Shown here piece by piece: positions 22,063 to 35,868 of a stretch of 64,000 nt of DNA; the stretch's first letter is position 1, and every line of letters begins with the position of its first letter. The notes beneath the pieces are model-generated. The model searched no databases. It saw only the letters and a list, made by a program, of their open reading frames with translations, and was not told where the DNA came from. The position numbers and the translations under genes are program-made. The stretch lies in contig OZ076409.1 in the NCBI GenBank assembly GCA_964187785.1, positions 14,820,001 to 14,884,000 of the forward strand. Direction: 5' to 3'. This DNA is from Amphiscolops sp. MND2022. Lineage: Eukaryota.

Positions 22063-25000
22063 ATGTCTTACTCTGACTTTTTTAGTTCCAATTCCCGTTA
22101 CAAATTAGTTCTAGTTCCGGTTTTTAGTTCCAATTCCGTACCAAATTGGTTCTTATTCCTGTTTGAGAAATTACGAAATTAGTTCTATTTCACATGAACG
22201 TTTCAGAAATTTTGATCACGTTAGTCCTAATTCCATAAGTTCTATTCTTTAGTCCGATTTCCGTTTCCCCGATTCCTTTCAACTTCATTGAATGTGAGAT
22301 GTAGTTGACAATGGTTTTGCAGTCTTCAGGGTTTAGGAGATTCAATGAGTCATGCCAAAAAGAAATGTTCTGCATCTCTTCACTCTTGCCACTACGACGA
22401 CACATAGGAGACTCCGCCTGCCAATTTGTCCAAGCGTAATCGGCAAAAACGAAAGAATTGCCGATCAGCATTTCACCTATTTTGATGGCTCCATAACTTT
22501 GGAGGTTGAAAAGGGGCGATATAGTGTTACAAGTTGGTTATATTTCGATGCAACATTTCAGAAACGACTTGTTGTCATTACTTTTCCACCTGAGGTTTCA
22601 AAGATGGTTAATGAAGAGGCTGACATCTTGTTGTTTATATCTCGTACAGTTTTGAATTATCAAAAACTTTCCGAATCCAATAACATGACTCTCGAGGAGG
22701 TCAGCAACACTGCCCGGGAAAGATGAAGATGCATCTTGGGTCCAATGTAGAAAATCGTCTTCTAGTTTGAGCTTCATGAGAAGTTTGACGTTGATGGCTG
22801 TACTGAGAAGATCAAGAGGCGGCGTTCCTAGCAGTAGCTGTCATGAGTCGATATTCGGCAAAAATCCGTAACTAAAAATTGTCCTTATGAAATTATTCTG
22901 TACTGCTGTGACGTATTTCTAGGCTTTTCTCAAGCCAAATTGGTGCTGCATAAAAAAGTGAGGGTAAGATGGTAGTTTTGTACAACAGAACTAGCGTTGA
23001 CACTGCAAGGCTCCATTTTCCATTGCATAACGACTTGATCCTATTCCAATTTCGCTTTGCTTTCTCGATAGTTTTAGTGACATGATCCCGGTAGTTGAGC
23101 TTGCTATCTATAAATACTCCGAGAGACTTTGTTGTTTTTTTAACTTGACATGTATCACCATTGAGGGACGGGAGTTCGAAGTCATTCTCTTCGCAATTGA
23201 ATAGATTAATTCAGTTTTTCCTCGGTTCACTAACGTCCTTCAATCTTCACGCCGCTTCTCAATGTCAGAACAAGTTTTTTGAAGGATGGCAGATAAAACT
23301 GACGGATCTTTGCCAGTGACATTGAGTGAACTATCGTCTGCAAACGTGAATTTTTGTGCTTGATTACTGAGGAAGTCGTTCAAGAAGATGATGAAGAGCA
23401 ATGGCGACAACACACTTCCACGTGGAACGCCAATGTCAATCTGGAACTTCGCCGATTGGTATCCATTCAGTTCGATGGAAGCGACTCTGGTTTTTAAAAA
23501 CGATTTCATTATCTGATACATTTTGCCAGATATATTGTGTTCCAACAGTTTAAAGAGAAGACAGTCCAACCACACGCTATCGAACGCCTTTTCGAGGTTA
23601 ATTTTAAGCAGAGCCGTCGGCAAACGTGAACGTTTTGCATTTTCGAACAAGAAAAGGAATCTGTAGAGCAATTGAGTGGTGTTTCTTTTCGATCTGAAAC
23701 CCTCCTGTTCGTCCCAATGCAGCTCATTTACATCATGATGTGATTTACTTCTAGTTGCAAGTATTCTTTCCAGCGTTTTTCCAATATAACTGGAGAGTGA
23801 GAGGGGTCGGTATGAAAAGCATTCATCATATCTTCCTTTGTTTGGTTTGCGTTTGAATACGACTCGTGACTCCGTCCATGGCCACACATGATATTCCCAG
23901 CAAGCATTGAAAATAGTCAGCAGAAAAAGTAGTGCTTTAGTGACCAAATTCTTTATCATTGTCACATGGAGACCATCAATATCAAAAGATTTAGTGTTGC
24001 TTGATTTCAAGATGGCAATCTTCAATTCATCGAAAGTAAATTTATCATGAAATACTTCATTATCATGTTCAAGATCATCGTGTAGTTGTTTTATTTTTTC
24101 TTCTACTTGTAGTTGTGCTGCATCGTTGGACATTTGCTTTTTCAGATGTTCTCCTCCGAAGAACGTGGTTTCAAATTTTTTGTTAATTTCCTCTGGAGCA
24201 TATGAGAGCCTCCCTTCCTTACTGCGTATTAGACCTACTTCTTCATGATTAGTATTGAGTAAGGTCTTGTAAGAAGTCCAAAACTCTCCTCCTCTTTTAT
24301 GCCCAAGCAATAACAGATAGTTTTCCATCCATTCAGTTAAACTTTTGTTGAGAAGAATTTTGAAACGTTCCTTCGCGCTGCCTCTACTTTTCGTCCGTTT
24401 TCAAAATTTGATTTGTACTGGAAATTATTGCGTAAAAATTGAAGTTTCTTGCTTGCGTCTGTCAAGTCTGAGTTTCAAAACGGTTTGGTATGATTTGAAA
24501 CACATTTGAATGGTATGTGACGAAGGGAAGCTTCGTGCAGCAGATTTTTGAACTCGTTCTAAAGAAAAACAGGGTCGTCTTCAACAACCATGAGATCATC
24601 TATTTGGCCCTCAATGCAAGAAGCCCCCAACCCGCCCAATCAGCTTTTTCAATCCATAATTTTTTGGTTTTCTCAGTGATGCTACTACATTCCAATCTCA
24701 TAATAACAGGAACATGACCCCTCAGTGGAGCACCGGTGAACAGCTCAGCAAATTCATCCGTAGACAGAGAGTGTTTACATCTATCAAACAGAGGCCCATA
24801 ACAAATGCAGAGATCGATAACAATGGAGCCATTTGCTGCCATAAACGTAGGCTCACCATCATTGAGAATGCTGAAGTGGTCAGCTATTTAAACTAGTTCC
24901 TCGCCTAACAAGTTACACGATTTTCTCCCCAATAGGCATGTCTTGCATTGAGGTCACCCCAAAGAAAAGAACTCCATTCAGGCAATATTTGTCAACATAC

Positions 25001-26316
25001 CTTTTGCAACTCCTAATCTTTTATTGCTTTTCTCAAACCCTCGAAGTCGTCGGGTCTGACATAAGCAGTAGACACAACTAACATGATTCCGCCCAGCCTA
25101 ACAGTGAAAACAATATTAACAGCATAGGCGTCTTCGAGTTGATTAGGTTTTCAGTAAGGGATGTGATTTTTCAATAAAACTGCGACGCCCCCATACAGCC
25201 CATACAACAGATTGTTGTGAAGTTGTTGAATAGATTTGCGCTAATTTGTGTCTTAGTTGTGTTAAGAAAAACGATATAAGCATTGGTTTGTTGTAAGTTT
25301 TGATTCAGTGCTGTTTTACTATGATCACTCAGGCCGCATTAATTATTCTGCAAGAAGTTGAAACCAGAATTAGACATCATTTTTTGACACAGGGTTCCTC
25401 GAAATCGGTGTTTGTAGACCTCGCGACTCATAAACTCTTTGTACCTGTTTAAATAAGTTGGGCAGTCAAGAGAATGAGTTTAGTGGCTTCTGCTGCAATT
25501 GGTACACCTGGCAGGCTGATGAATCCTTGGTGTATGAATTCGACTGGTTGATAGTACAAATGGTCAATGAAAATGCCGTCGATTGTTGCCTCGTCAAACT
25601 GGGCTTTTGACGGAAACGTCAGTTTGACAGTTTGCAGTGATTTCCCATCGCTTCTGACAAGCGTCTGATTCTGACACCTGGAAAATTATCCGTAAGAGCT
25701 GATGTCATGTCCGAGTCGGACACTTCTATGGAACTCCCTGTATTACGGCGATGTGCGGTTCATTCCTGTCACTAGCTCTAGCTCTCCGAACCGAAGAGTC
25801 GCCCCCAAAAAATTCAGCCCTTCATCCCTGCAAAGCACAGTCAGCCTCCTCTGGTGTTGAAAAATCAAGATGTATACTACCACGCGCTGTATTAGAGGCG
25901 TACAGTAGTTTTTCGTTTGGATAAATGGAAGCCAACGCTTTTTTGATTTCGATGCTATCTCTGAATTTCTCATTTGTCTTGATGACCAATAGGTTGCGAG
26001 GATCTCGATTTTGTCTTTTTCCACTTCCTATGTCAGTTGTACTTTCCGTTTGAGTTTTTACTTCATCAGAATAGTTCTCGAGAGGCTCAGTTGATAATGG
26101 GTTGTCAAGCTTGAGTTTGATGGTTAATAGGTCCTTTTTCATGGATTCCATAATTTGTAACTCCGTTTTTCTAATTTCAGTCTCTTTTTTCTTTCGTTGA
26201 TTTATGGCATTCAAGGACTTCCAGACGTTACAAGAACAGCTCTGTAGATGCATGTCTTCGCATTTGGAGCAATACCAATGAACAGAGGCATATTTTGAAA
26301 GTATTGGTAGGTCCAC
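22063..26316 (-). mobile_element. Near full-length decayed APE-type LINE (ORF1 with PHD-like end; ORF2 APE plus RT)
   Basis: ORF1 VHWYCSKCE; ORF2 starts near 25380; GDLNARH near 24950; IDLCIC; YRPLSLSSYIGKTLERI, QEGFR, LEKAFDSV, FADD; several stops and frameshifts. Confidence 0.92.
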
Positions 26317-29300
26317 GCCATGAAAACAAAAACAGCAGGTGGAAGACTGATTGTCGAAACAGAGAATCGTAACATTCCGGACGATATTGTACGAAACTGG
26401 CCAAGAGATCTCTTTGAAAGGTCAGAGTGTTGGCCAACAGCAACGACGAAATCCTTGACGTTGCTTCTAACGGGGGTACCACTACTTGACCATATATCAG
26501 ACACAGGAAGATAATATTCGACAGGAACTCGCCAATACATTCCCGGACTGCGAAGTGCACCGAGTAAAACGTCCCGGCAACTCACCTCTACGCATGGTGA
26601 AACTTACTCTCGAAAATGAAGAGGACGCAGAGCCCGCGCTAGCAGACGGGGTCTGCATAGGAAACCTATGGATAAGACCTGAAAGCGAAACAAATGCACC
26701 AAAGGTCATCCGATGCTACGGATGTGTCAAATGTGGACATATAAAATTGAGTTGCAATTACAAAAATGATGTCTGCAGTATCTGCTCAGAAAGCCACAAC
26801 TACACGAGTTGCCCAAAAAAAGAAGAAAAGCGTGAAAAATTGCTCTGGCAAACATTCAGCGGTCTCAAGATATTAGCCAATGAAGCAGCAAACTTGAAGA
26901 ACTTTGCATTCGAAAAAACTTACCTCTACCTAACTGGCTCGCAAAGACTGAACAAAACAGTCAACAATGATTAAATTTTACGCCATGACAGTAAACATAA
27001 ACAGACTCTCAGATCGCTCGACAGATGCCCGTTACTAGTTCATGAACGAAAACGACATCCAAATCTCGTGCGTAACGGAAACAAAAAGAGAACCCAGTAA
27101 TTGCTCTGACTTCCCGGGATATACAGCATACATAAAACCCCTCCAAGTACTCATGGCAATCGGGTGGAACTCTCCTATTGATACAAAAATTTATGTGTCC
27201 CAACCAAATTAAATTCAATGGTAAAAAAAATCAGTATGGGCCACTTGCAACTTAAACGGCAGACCTTTAACCATAGGAGTATTCGACTGCCGCCCAAACA
27301 ACAGTCTAGAAATAGAGAACACAAAAATACTACAAGGCATCAACTATTTCTGGGACATCGGCATCTCCGATTTCATATTACTGGGTGATTTCAATGCTAG
27401 ACATCCTACATGGGGAGGCAAAAGTAACTCACTGGGTGGAACTTTGTCGAATTTTCTGGAGGAGCAACATCTATACATTCTAAACTATGGTGGGCCCACC
27501 TTCACAAGTGTCGGTGAGGGTCGAAGCATAGTTGATCTCATCATATGCAAGGACAACCTGAAAAAGCAGAGAATAGCTTTAAGTATAGGCGAGTTCACAG
27601 AAATGTTCACCGGCGCACCGAACAGAGGGCACTACCCGGTCAATGCGTCGTTTGACTTAAAAACAGAAGACGGAATCAACATAATAAAAAACTTAGAGCA
27701 AACAGACTGGTCACTTTGGCGTGAAACCTTGGAAGATAGACTCGATGAAGCATGGAACGAAATAGAGCAAGCCTCATCCGGGAAACATCTCTGGGAGATA
27801 ACACTAAGATGTATTAAACAGGTGTCGAAGGAAACCATTCCAACTAAGCAGGTCAGCAAGCATTCTAAACCATATTTCACGGACGAGCTCAAATCTTTAC
27901 CGGCAGATCTTCGTGAGGCCAGAAATCGTTTAAAGGAACGTTCGGACCCCATAAACTCACTCGCCTACGAAAATCAAAAAACTGCCTTTCAATATGCACT
28001 CTTGAAAGCCAAAGCTTGCCACTTCCAGGAAAGCGCTGAAAAGTTAAATAAAAGCACGAGAATAGACTTCTTGAAAGCCAAAGAACTTTTTGGCAACGAA
28101 CGGAGACACGATGTTACTGGGATGTCTTGCATCCAATGGTGAAATCCTCAAGGATGAGGCAAGTAAACTCGAACACGTATTCGATCTGGATGCGGTGATC
28201 TGGATAGCTCATAGTTTGATGAGCATAGCGAAATACAGTCAAAAACAAAAAAATGCCTTCAACTCCTGAAAGTTACAACTCTTTCAATGAGCAGATCACC
28301 GCAACGAAACTGGAATCAACGCTCAAGATGATCCAAACTTGAGGAAAGTCTGAGGATCCAGACAGTCTACATCAACTCATGCTCAAACATGGCGGATCTT
28401 GATTCAAATATACGTGCCTAAAACTTTTCAATATCTGTTTTACGTCAAAAGACTACATCTGGAAGAAATGCAAAGTCATCATTTTGAGACAGCCAAACAG
28501 AGAAGGTTGTTACTTGGCAGGAAGCTTCAGGCCAATAACCTTAACCTCCTATATTGGCAAACTCTTTGAACGGATACTACAACATAGGCTCAGGCAACAT
28601 TTAGAAAAATTCGGATTAACTGATGAAAGCCAGGGAGACTTTCGCAAGAAACGACGTTCAGTACGATGCATTTATCAATTGATTGAAAATGTGAAGGATA
28701 ACAACGAAATGCAACAGCTCTATTGATTGATCTGTAAAAAACGTTTGATTCAACCAGGATAGACGGCATGCTTCTCAAGTTACGGACAGCTGGAATCAGA
28801 GGCACCATGTACAACGTTATCGACAATTTCCAACGGAATCACTTCGTAACGATAAGTCTTTGCACCAAAGATCCAGACCGACAGTGGGCTTACAACAAGG
28901 AAGCCTTCTTCCACCAGTCCTTTTCATACTCTACATTGCAGATATTTTTGATGGGTGCTATGGAAAAACTTCCAAATATGCAGACGATGCTACATCTGTG
29001 GCAAAAGACAAAACCATCGAACAGGCAGTTGGGGAGCTCTCGAAAGACTGTGAAGCCATCACGCAGTGGCTAAGGAAATGGCGCCTCAAGACTTCAGGCA
29101 CGAGAAAGGAAGTAGTATTTTTCAATCAAAAAAGATGAGATACTAGCACCGAGCTTCAAAGTGAACATCCAGGGCCATCAGATAAGGTATGCCACGCATT
29201 CAACGGCGCTGGGAATCACAATGGACAACAAACTAACATTTAAAACTCAGTTTTATTATTCCACACACAAAGCGAAAGCAGCGTTGGCCTCATTGAGACC

Positions 29301-29800
29301 AAAAATCCAAAATTCACTAGTCACTCCATTTTCTAGTTCCAGACTTATAAAGTTGTTTGTCATACCCGTATGGACATATCTAAGTCGCATATGGGCGAAC
29401 CCAAAAAGGTACAGAGGTGACAAGGTAAGGTACAAAATGTTTTCAGCGTCATCCGGCACAGTGTACAATAACAATCTAGCTAAGGTGGAAGTCCTCGGAA
29501 ACTGAAAGATATCAAAATTACATTATCACAGGCAAACTTCGTTCACAAGTACAGCACGGCAAAAGACTCATGCGCCGCAGCTCTGCGGAACTCGGAAAGC
29601 AGGATGAATAATATCATTCACGCGAGTCATCGAAACCTCCTCCGCGTTACGGGACTTGATTAAGGAGCTCAATACACCAACTTCGCAAGCTCAGTCTTCA
29701 GAAAAGAAGTTTTGAGAAAGATACTGGTAAACATTTGGCCAGATTATCCTTCTGGAAATACTGGTATTCCCGTTTTCCCAGAAAAGATCAGTAAACCATC
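26317..29800 (+). mobile_element. Decayed APE-type LINE, head-to-head with the previous one
   Basis: ORF1 zinc knuckles RCYGCVKCGH and CSICSESHNYTSC; GDFNARHPTWG; VDLIIC; FRPITLTSYIGKLFERI; GLQQGSLLPP; KYADD; LGITMDNKLTF. Confidence 0.9.
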
Positions 29801-29809
29801 CAACAAATT

Positions 29810-30796
29810 GGCTATAATGTTGACCATCCAAAGTAACGTAAATGATTTTCAATTCACGATTTGGAGGACTGCCTTGTAGGCTGCATTATGAAATTTCGAA
29901 GTCTCCAAGAAATTTCAGCACATGTTGCGCGACCACGCCATGTGACAAAGGCTCATTTTCAAAGATAAGTTCTCCCAGGAAGATCTGCAGATTAATACCT
30001 GACGGCGGTAGTGTTGCTAACAGAATACACGATAAGTAACGGCCTTGGGTATCATATGTTTCGTCGTGAAACAGCAAAATAGATTAACCCTGAATTGCAA
30101 CCTTTAACTTTTTGATGCTTGCTTTGTATGCGTCTTCGACCTAAGGAGAAGACCGCGACGTTTGGGAATACAGCCACCGGAGACTACCCTTTCCCGAAAA
30201 GGTTCCCTCATGACTGGGTTGTCGGTAACATTGTGCGGGGTATTTGAGGCGGCACACGCGCGAATCCAATTTGTAACCAATGCGATGTTTTCGAGACGTG
30301 TCACATTTGGCACAGGAAACGAGGTATGAAGTGTTTTTTGCGTTTTGCTGGGCTTAGCTATGTTTTTCTTGTGACTCTCTGATTTAATGTGCCGAGTCAA
30401 AACACTTTGACGAGAATAATCCACAGCAGTGTTGTAAACGCGGCAAAACAATTTTGTTCCCTCCGCCCGAAAAAGTGCGTTGCTCCTTCGCGACGCGCGC
30501 TTTTTTGTTGTAGCCGTTGACGTATGCTGTTGCTGACGTTTTCTTTCTTTTGTTCGCTGTATCGAACCACTAGTAAGTGCGACGAGAAGTCGGTCGTGCT
30601 CACGGTCGCTTCTTGACGACATTGTTTACACAGGCAAAACTGCTGACCTGAAACGCATTGAAAAGAAATTACACACCACTTACCCAAAGAAAGTTGAACA
30701 AATTACGGCGATTACGCTGGCCGGATGCGGGATTTGCATCAGTCAATTACGAGGCAATTAACCGGGATTACGCGCCACGTAATTATGACAGACCTG
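29810..30796 (-). mobile_element. Truncated hAT transposon with CGGBP1-like zinc finger
   Basis: FRAEGTKLFCRVYNTAVDYSRQSVLTRHIKSESHKK, ACAASNTP...NPVMRE, first catalytic motif FHDETYDTQGR; one hAT-like end CAGGTCTGTCATAATTAC at 30796 with ATTAC subterminal repeats; no second end found. Confidence 0.75.
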
Positions 30797-32379
30797 CTTT
30801 AGTTTCCTTTAGTTGAACATACTGAATGTTAACGTTCGTCGCTTCGAGTCTGTCCTAATGAAAAAAACGAGTGACTGTAATAGTCGGGTTCTTTTCTTAA
30901 GACAAGCGCCGACTGAAAATGTTTTTTTTCCATCTTTGAACGGAATTCATTCCGGTTCAACCCAGTCAGCCATTCAGATTGGACGAGTGAAAAAAACTAC
31001 GTTTAAACGACGCTGGGATTTCTGAAATCTTACTAGACGGGGAAAATTTATTGTATTCTTCCGGACTTTAACCAGACAACGGGAAAACAACATAACAACA
31101 GGAATAAAATCGAAAAACACTCTCAGATGACACAGATCGTCGTTTTCAATCTAGTGCCGTGTAGGTCAAAAAAGGGGGCCTGATGACAGATACTTCTGGT
31201 CTGCAAACAAATGGAAACGAAATATACGATGAAGCACTCAAAGTGGAATTTAACAGTTGGCTTCACTGCAAAGTGTCACAGAATTATCCAATCACAAGTC
31301 ACTGAGCCTATTTTTTTGGAGTCCCAGGCCAGAAGTCCACAAAATTAGGCCACGTCCACTCAAACTTGAGCAAGGGCTAAAAACAACTTATTCAAGACTT
31401 AAACTAAATTGATTAACGAAATGTTTGAGAACTACAAGCGAAAAATGTTACGAAATGGTTAGCATGTTTTTTGTATGTCTCGGTCGCCAAGTGACTAAAT
31501 CCATTAGGGGAAAAAACTTTGGCCAAGTGACTTTAAGTCAAGTGACTTTAAGCCAAGAGACCATATACCAGTTATCCGTCGTATTACATTGTCTACGTAC
31601 AGAGTCACCGAACATTTTTAAAGAGTTGAGAACATTGGACTGCGCAATCATCCATATCACGACTGACGATCTGAGCAAGTCAGAGCAGCGGAGTGATGTT
31701 CTCAAAGAAAAATATAAAGCTTTGAATCAATCTAGGCATCTCGAAATCAGATCACTTGGTGTAGTCGACCTTACTACGCGAACGTGAAGATCTTGAAAAC
31801 AAGACGCATCAAGCCAAAACCTCAGAGAGGCTAATCTCAAAGGAGAAGACAACTGAAGGTGATCTTTAGGAGTCTCGCACTCGAAGCCGCTTTTGTAACC
31901 ACCTAGGTAAAAAGCTTTTCAAACCAAATGTGAGAATTAGGAATCTCAGACGCATAGCACCGTTTTTGATTCACAGCCATTAGTTCTCAAATTTTTTGAT
32001 TTGTTTTTTTCCGAACATTTTCGATCAAATCCAATAGATAGACTGGACATGAACTTAAAAAAACGATCAAGCACTTATGTGGCATATGGCGTCCAGGGCG
32101 CCAGCTCGTATTTTGAAAATAAGCTGCGTTGGAATGAAGAACTGCTTTGAGGTTTATTGGTTATGATCACGCTTGGTTTATGTAATTACAATTGCAAATG
32201 ATAGTAGAAGTGGTTCAGCATCGAGTATATATAGCACAGTAACAGGTACCTGTCAGTCAACAAAAATGGGTGGTTTCAATAGTTGTGTGTTGCATGGCAC
32301 AAGTAGGTACTTGAATGCGCGGCATCAAAAATTGTGTTTGCTATGTCATCTGGCACTTACTTGAACTTTAGGGTTCGTG

Positions 32380-34000
32380 AGTTTGCGAGGCCGGTGGCAA
32401 ACCTTGACGCCCCGCATTGCCGACAGCCGAGCTAAGTGATGTTGCGTCTTCGTCCTACCCAGTCCCTTCCTGAAAATGTCAACGCAATTGTCAACAATGT
32501 CAATGAACATCAGATCAATCTACTGATTCTTTACTGTCTCCCGCACCTAAGGCATATCGCTTGCAAAGTGTTCCTCTTTGCACTGTGATCTACTCTGGTT
32601 GCCAATGCTAAGCACGAATAACTGTCCGTGAACAAAGTCGTCGCCACCGATTCTCCAAGGATGTCCGTACAAGTGCACCGATTCGTTGTCGGCACCGCTA
32701 GAGGCATGAAGTTTTGCCTCGGTGGATGGTCGAAGATGCTACACATTTGACATCTAGCAGCCCACGATACAGCCCCGGAAATCTATGATGTTTCGTCTAT
32801 CGCCCTTGCAGCTGACATGGTCTGAGTCTGTGTACATGTTCAGGCCTGTATCATCGCACTTCATGACTTTGTTCATGTTTTTATAATTGCAATTGATTGT
32901 AGAAGTGGTTCAGCATCGAGTATATATGGCACTGCGACAGGTACATATCAGTCAACAAAAATGTGAGGTATCAAAAGTTGTGTGTACGATGTCATCTGGC
33001 AGGTACTTGAACGTTAGGTGTCGTTGCTCATCATTCGATCAAGCCCGACTAGCGAGGCGGAAGTCAAACCTTGACACGTGTTGGAAAGAAAAGGAACACG
33101 GAGGCAACACTTGGAAATAGAGGACCACCTGCTGCCGGTGCCCTAGCAACTGATTGTCAGGTGACTGATTCCTTCATGAAGCAGTGCAGCCTCGAAGAAA
33201 CAAACAAAAAGAACATTCGGCGTAGTTCATCTGTTGCCTTTTATGGAAAAACCTCGTTCACAACCAAAGTATACATTTTTTAAATTCAACCACAATTATA
33301 GATGAGAAAGAATTAAAATTTTGTGTTCTCAGAGCTAAATAAGCTTGCAGATGCGTTAAGTCTGACAATAGACCTGTTGTCGGGAAGGCTTCCTTCGACT
33401 CGGGTGAGCAAAGGGGGCATAAGGGTATTCCTGAGACAACAGAGCCGAAGGTCCCCATTGTTATACGGGGCAGTCCTGTAATGCGTTACGCCAAGGGCTC
33501 TGCGAGGTGGATTGCCATTTTCATCCGGAATGAGAAGCAGTTTTTGTCAACCTTCAAGGAATGCGTATAAATAACGCTGCTTTTGATGGTCTTCCAGAGG
33601 CTCCCTGACGACATAAGGTTCTCTACCCAGACCCAGTAAGAGAACAGTATGTGGAGGTCATCGAGGACATCAACGGTCATTCGATTGAGCACGTCTCGCT
33701 CCTTGCAAATGGTGGTTAGGGATGGAATTGTTAGAGTTGTTGGCACATTGATTCCAACCCGGGAGGGAGCGTTGTCAGCCAGCTGGAGAGGAAGAACAAG
33801 TTGTGGTCAACAGAACGCGTATAGTACCTCCATTAAAAAGACTTCCTTCTCTGCACAGTACGCTCCGCATGACTAGCTGCAGTTTCGGGAACACAAAGTG
33901 TACTGCATCCAGTAACCCAGCGATGTGGTTCTCTTCTCCCCATTGGCCACAGACTGTGTGTTGACAATACCAGCGCAGCTGCTTTGATGACCACCACACG
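32380..34000 (-). pseudogene. Very decayed Ty3/Gypsy pol-like relics
   Basis: Faint RT-like LNRMTVD and integrase-like ESVATTLF fragments; no continuous frame. Confidence 0.3.
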
Positions 34001-35043
34001 GAAAGTAGAGGAAGCATAGAAAGAACGAGTTCAGCGCCTAGGGTGCAGTATCAACATCAAGGAGCAAGACGGCAATAAAGGAGCCGTGTTCGAGAGGGCG
34101 AAATATGGAAAAAGAAGGACCAGATTTTTCTGAGGAGAGGCTCATTTGAATCATTATAAAAGTACAATATACAAAAAACACGGTTCTTCAAAAGTGTTTC
34201 ACTTGATGTAGTTTCAAATCGCACAGCTGTTAATTTGCGAACAAACTCGATAAACCTCAGTGACAATTGGCTCAAAATCATTCCGGAGGAGAAATGTCTC
34301 TGCAACACTGAGCCTTATCCCCAGTAAGATTGAAGCACACAATGATTCACTTGAGGTACTTTCAGATCGCACAGCTGTTAGTTCGCGAACGGACTCGATA
34401 TGTGTTTCCACATTTTAGGGGAGTCAATTTGAAATATATTCAAATGAAAATAGGCACCATTGGTCAATGAAGAACGCACTGATTTCATTCAGATGTCGCA
34501 ACGGGACAATACGCAGAAACCGACTACTTTGCTCGACTCCGAGAGACTGCCCGTTACTGCAACTTTGTCAATTTCAAAAACATTTTTCGATCATGAAGCT
34601 GGAAACCCCCAATTACAATTTGTAGCCGGACTACGAGAAGGCTTGAGGCAAACAGAGCAAACAACAACTTGACGATACAAGAACTGCTTCAACTCATACA
34701 AAATAGAACCCACGCCCAGAGATTTCCTGAGAGCTCAATTCACCAGTCAACCTGGAATGTAGTTGCAATTGAGAAAAATATCGCCCTGATAGTAAAAAAA
34801 TTTGTGTCGCTATGGGAAGACAGAGCAGTGTAGACGATGTCGAATGAAAGCAACATCTAAAAAAAGTGTCGAATTGTTCGAAGCAGTGACACTAGTCCAG
34901 TATTTGCGTGGCAATAAACCGCCTCGCGACCAGAATGGAAAGCCCATTGAAAGTCAAACGCATCATGTACTTTGCCTTTGGAGAAAGAAAATCTGGAGCA
35001 CCCTCCTCATCCCTGCTTTTTTTGAACAATATATCGCGACGGT

Positions 35044-35343
35044 TGTTGTTGACAAACAACATAAGCAAGTGACAACTATTGATTGACAGCTCTTTTAGAG
35101 TATGAAACCCCTAAAACTAGTATGATTGACAACAACTTTGACCTCTTACCTAACAGGCTGGTACTTTCGCGTCTGGTTCGGACTGTGTTCAATAATAAAG
35201 CACTAAAAATCCTTTCATACGGAAATTGTAAACCTCATGTGCAGTAAATACATACCTGAAAACGATCGCTATTTGTTTTGACATCATTAAAGCTTCAAAT
35301 TAATTCTTCGAGTTTTTTCTCCTTTTTACTGTCGTCAGTAAAA
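35044..35343 (+). repeat. BEL 5' LTR
   Basis: TGTTGTTGAC...GTCAGTAAAA; 11 substitutions versus the 3' LTR by manual count. Confidence 0.95.
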
Positions 35344-35346
35344 TTC

Positions 35347-35364
35347 TGGTGCCGCGACCCGGGA
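35347..35364 (+). promoter_or_regulatory. Primer-binding site, tRNA-His-like
   Basis: TGGTGCCGCGACCCGGGA, 3 nt after the LTR; resembles the complement of the tRNA-His 3' end. Confidence 0.8.
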
Positions 35365-35386
35365 CCACCAAAAGCTCTCCCAAATT

Positions 35387-35549
35387 ATCCATCCTCCAAT
35401 CGAGAGAATATCCATCCTCCAATTGAGGGAATATCCATCCTCCAATCGAGGGAATATCCATCCTCCAATCGAGGGAATATCCATCCTCCAATCGAGGGAA
35501 TATCCATCCTCCAATCGAGGGAATATCCATCCTCCAATCGAGGGAATAT
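35387..35549 (+). repeat. Seven copies of a 23-bp minisatellite in the BEL leader
   Basis: ATCCATCCTCCAATCGAGGGAAT x7; the first two units have one change each. Confidence 0.97.
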
Positions 35550-35868
35550 TCCTGGAACCCGCTGTTTCTGGGCCTGTCGTGTGGTCGGCGTGTGGAGTCG
35601 CTGGGCTGTCTCCCAAGCTGTAACGAAGAAGGCAACCCCGTTCGAGGGGTCGTGAGTAAAACACTTGACAAAAAAAACCAAACTGAAAAAATATATATAA
35701 TGTTTTTCTTAAATCTCTGAGGCATCAGCGCCTTCCCCTCCTTTTGTTTACTTGTCTCTGACACTTGCGTCAGATCCTTGAGCACTTTTGATCTTTTCGA
35801 AGCATAGTCACAATACCAGACGCAAAAGTGTAACCAGACCTTGATTTGATTCTGATTTTGATTAGTCG

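Noticed and set aside
21690..23260. TGA-as-Trp genetic code or RNA-editing signature in the LINE copies
   Set aside because: The same elements carry frameshifts and other stops, so ordinary decay explains the TGAs. The TG-to-CG changes are too few to call editing.
35387..35549. CRISPR-like array
   Set aside because: Repeats are head-to-tail with no spacers, there are no cas genes, and the context is a eukaryotic retrotransposon leader.
35278..35785. Overlapping repetitive ORFs
   Set aside because: Products of the stop-free 23-bp minisatellite.
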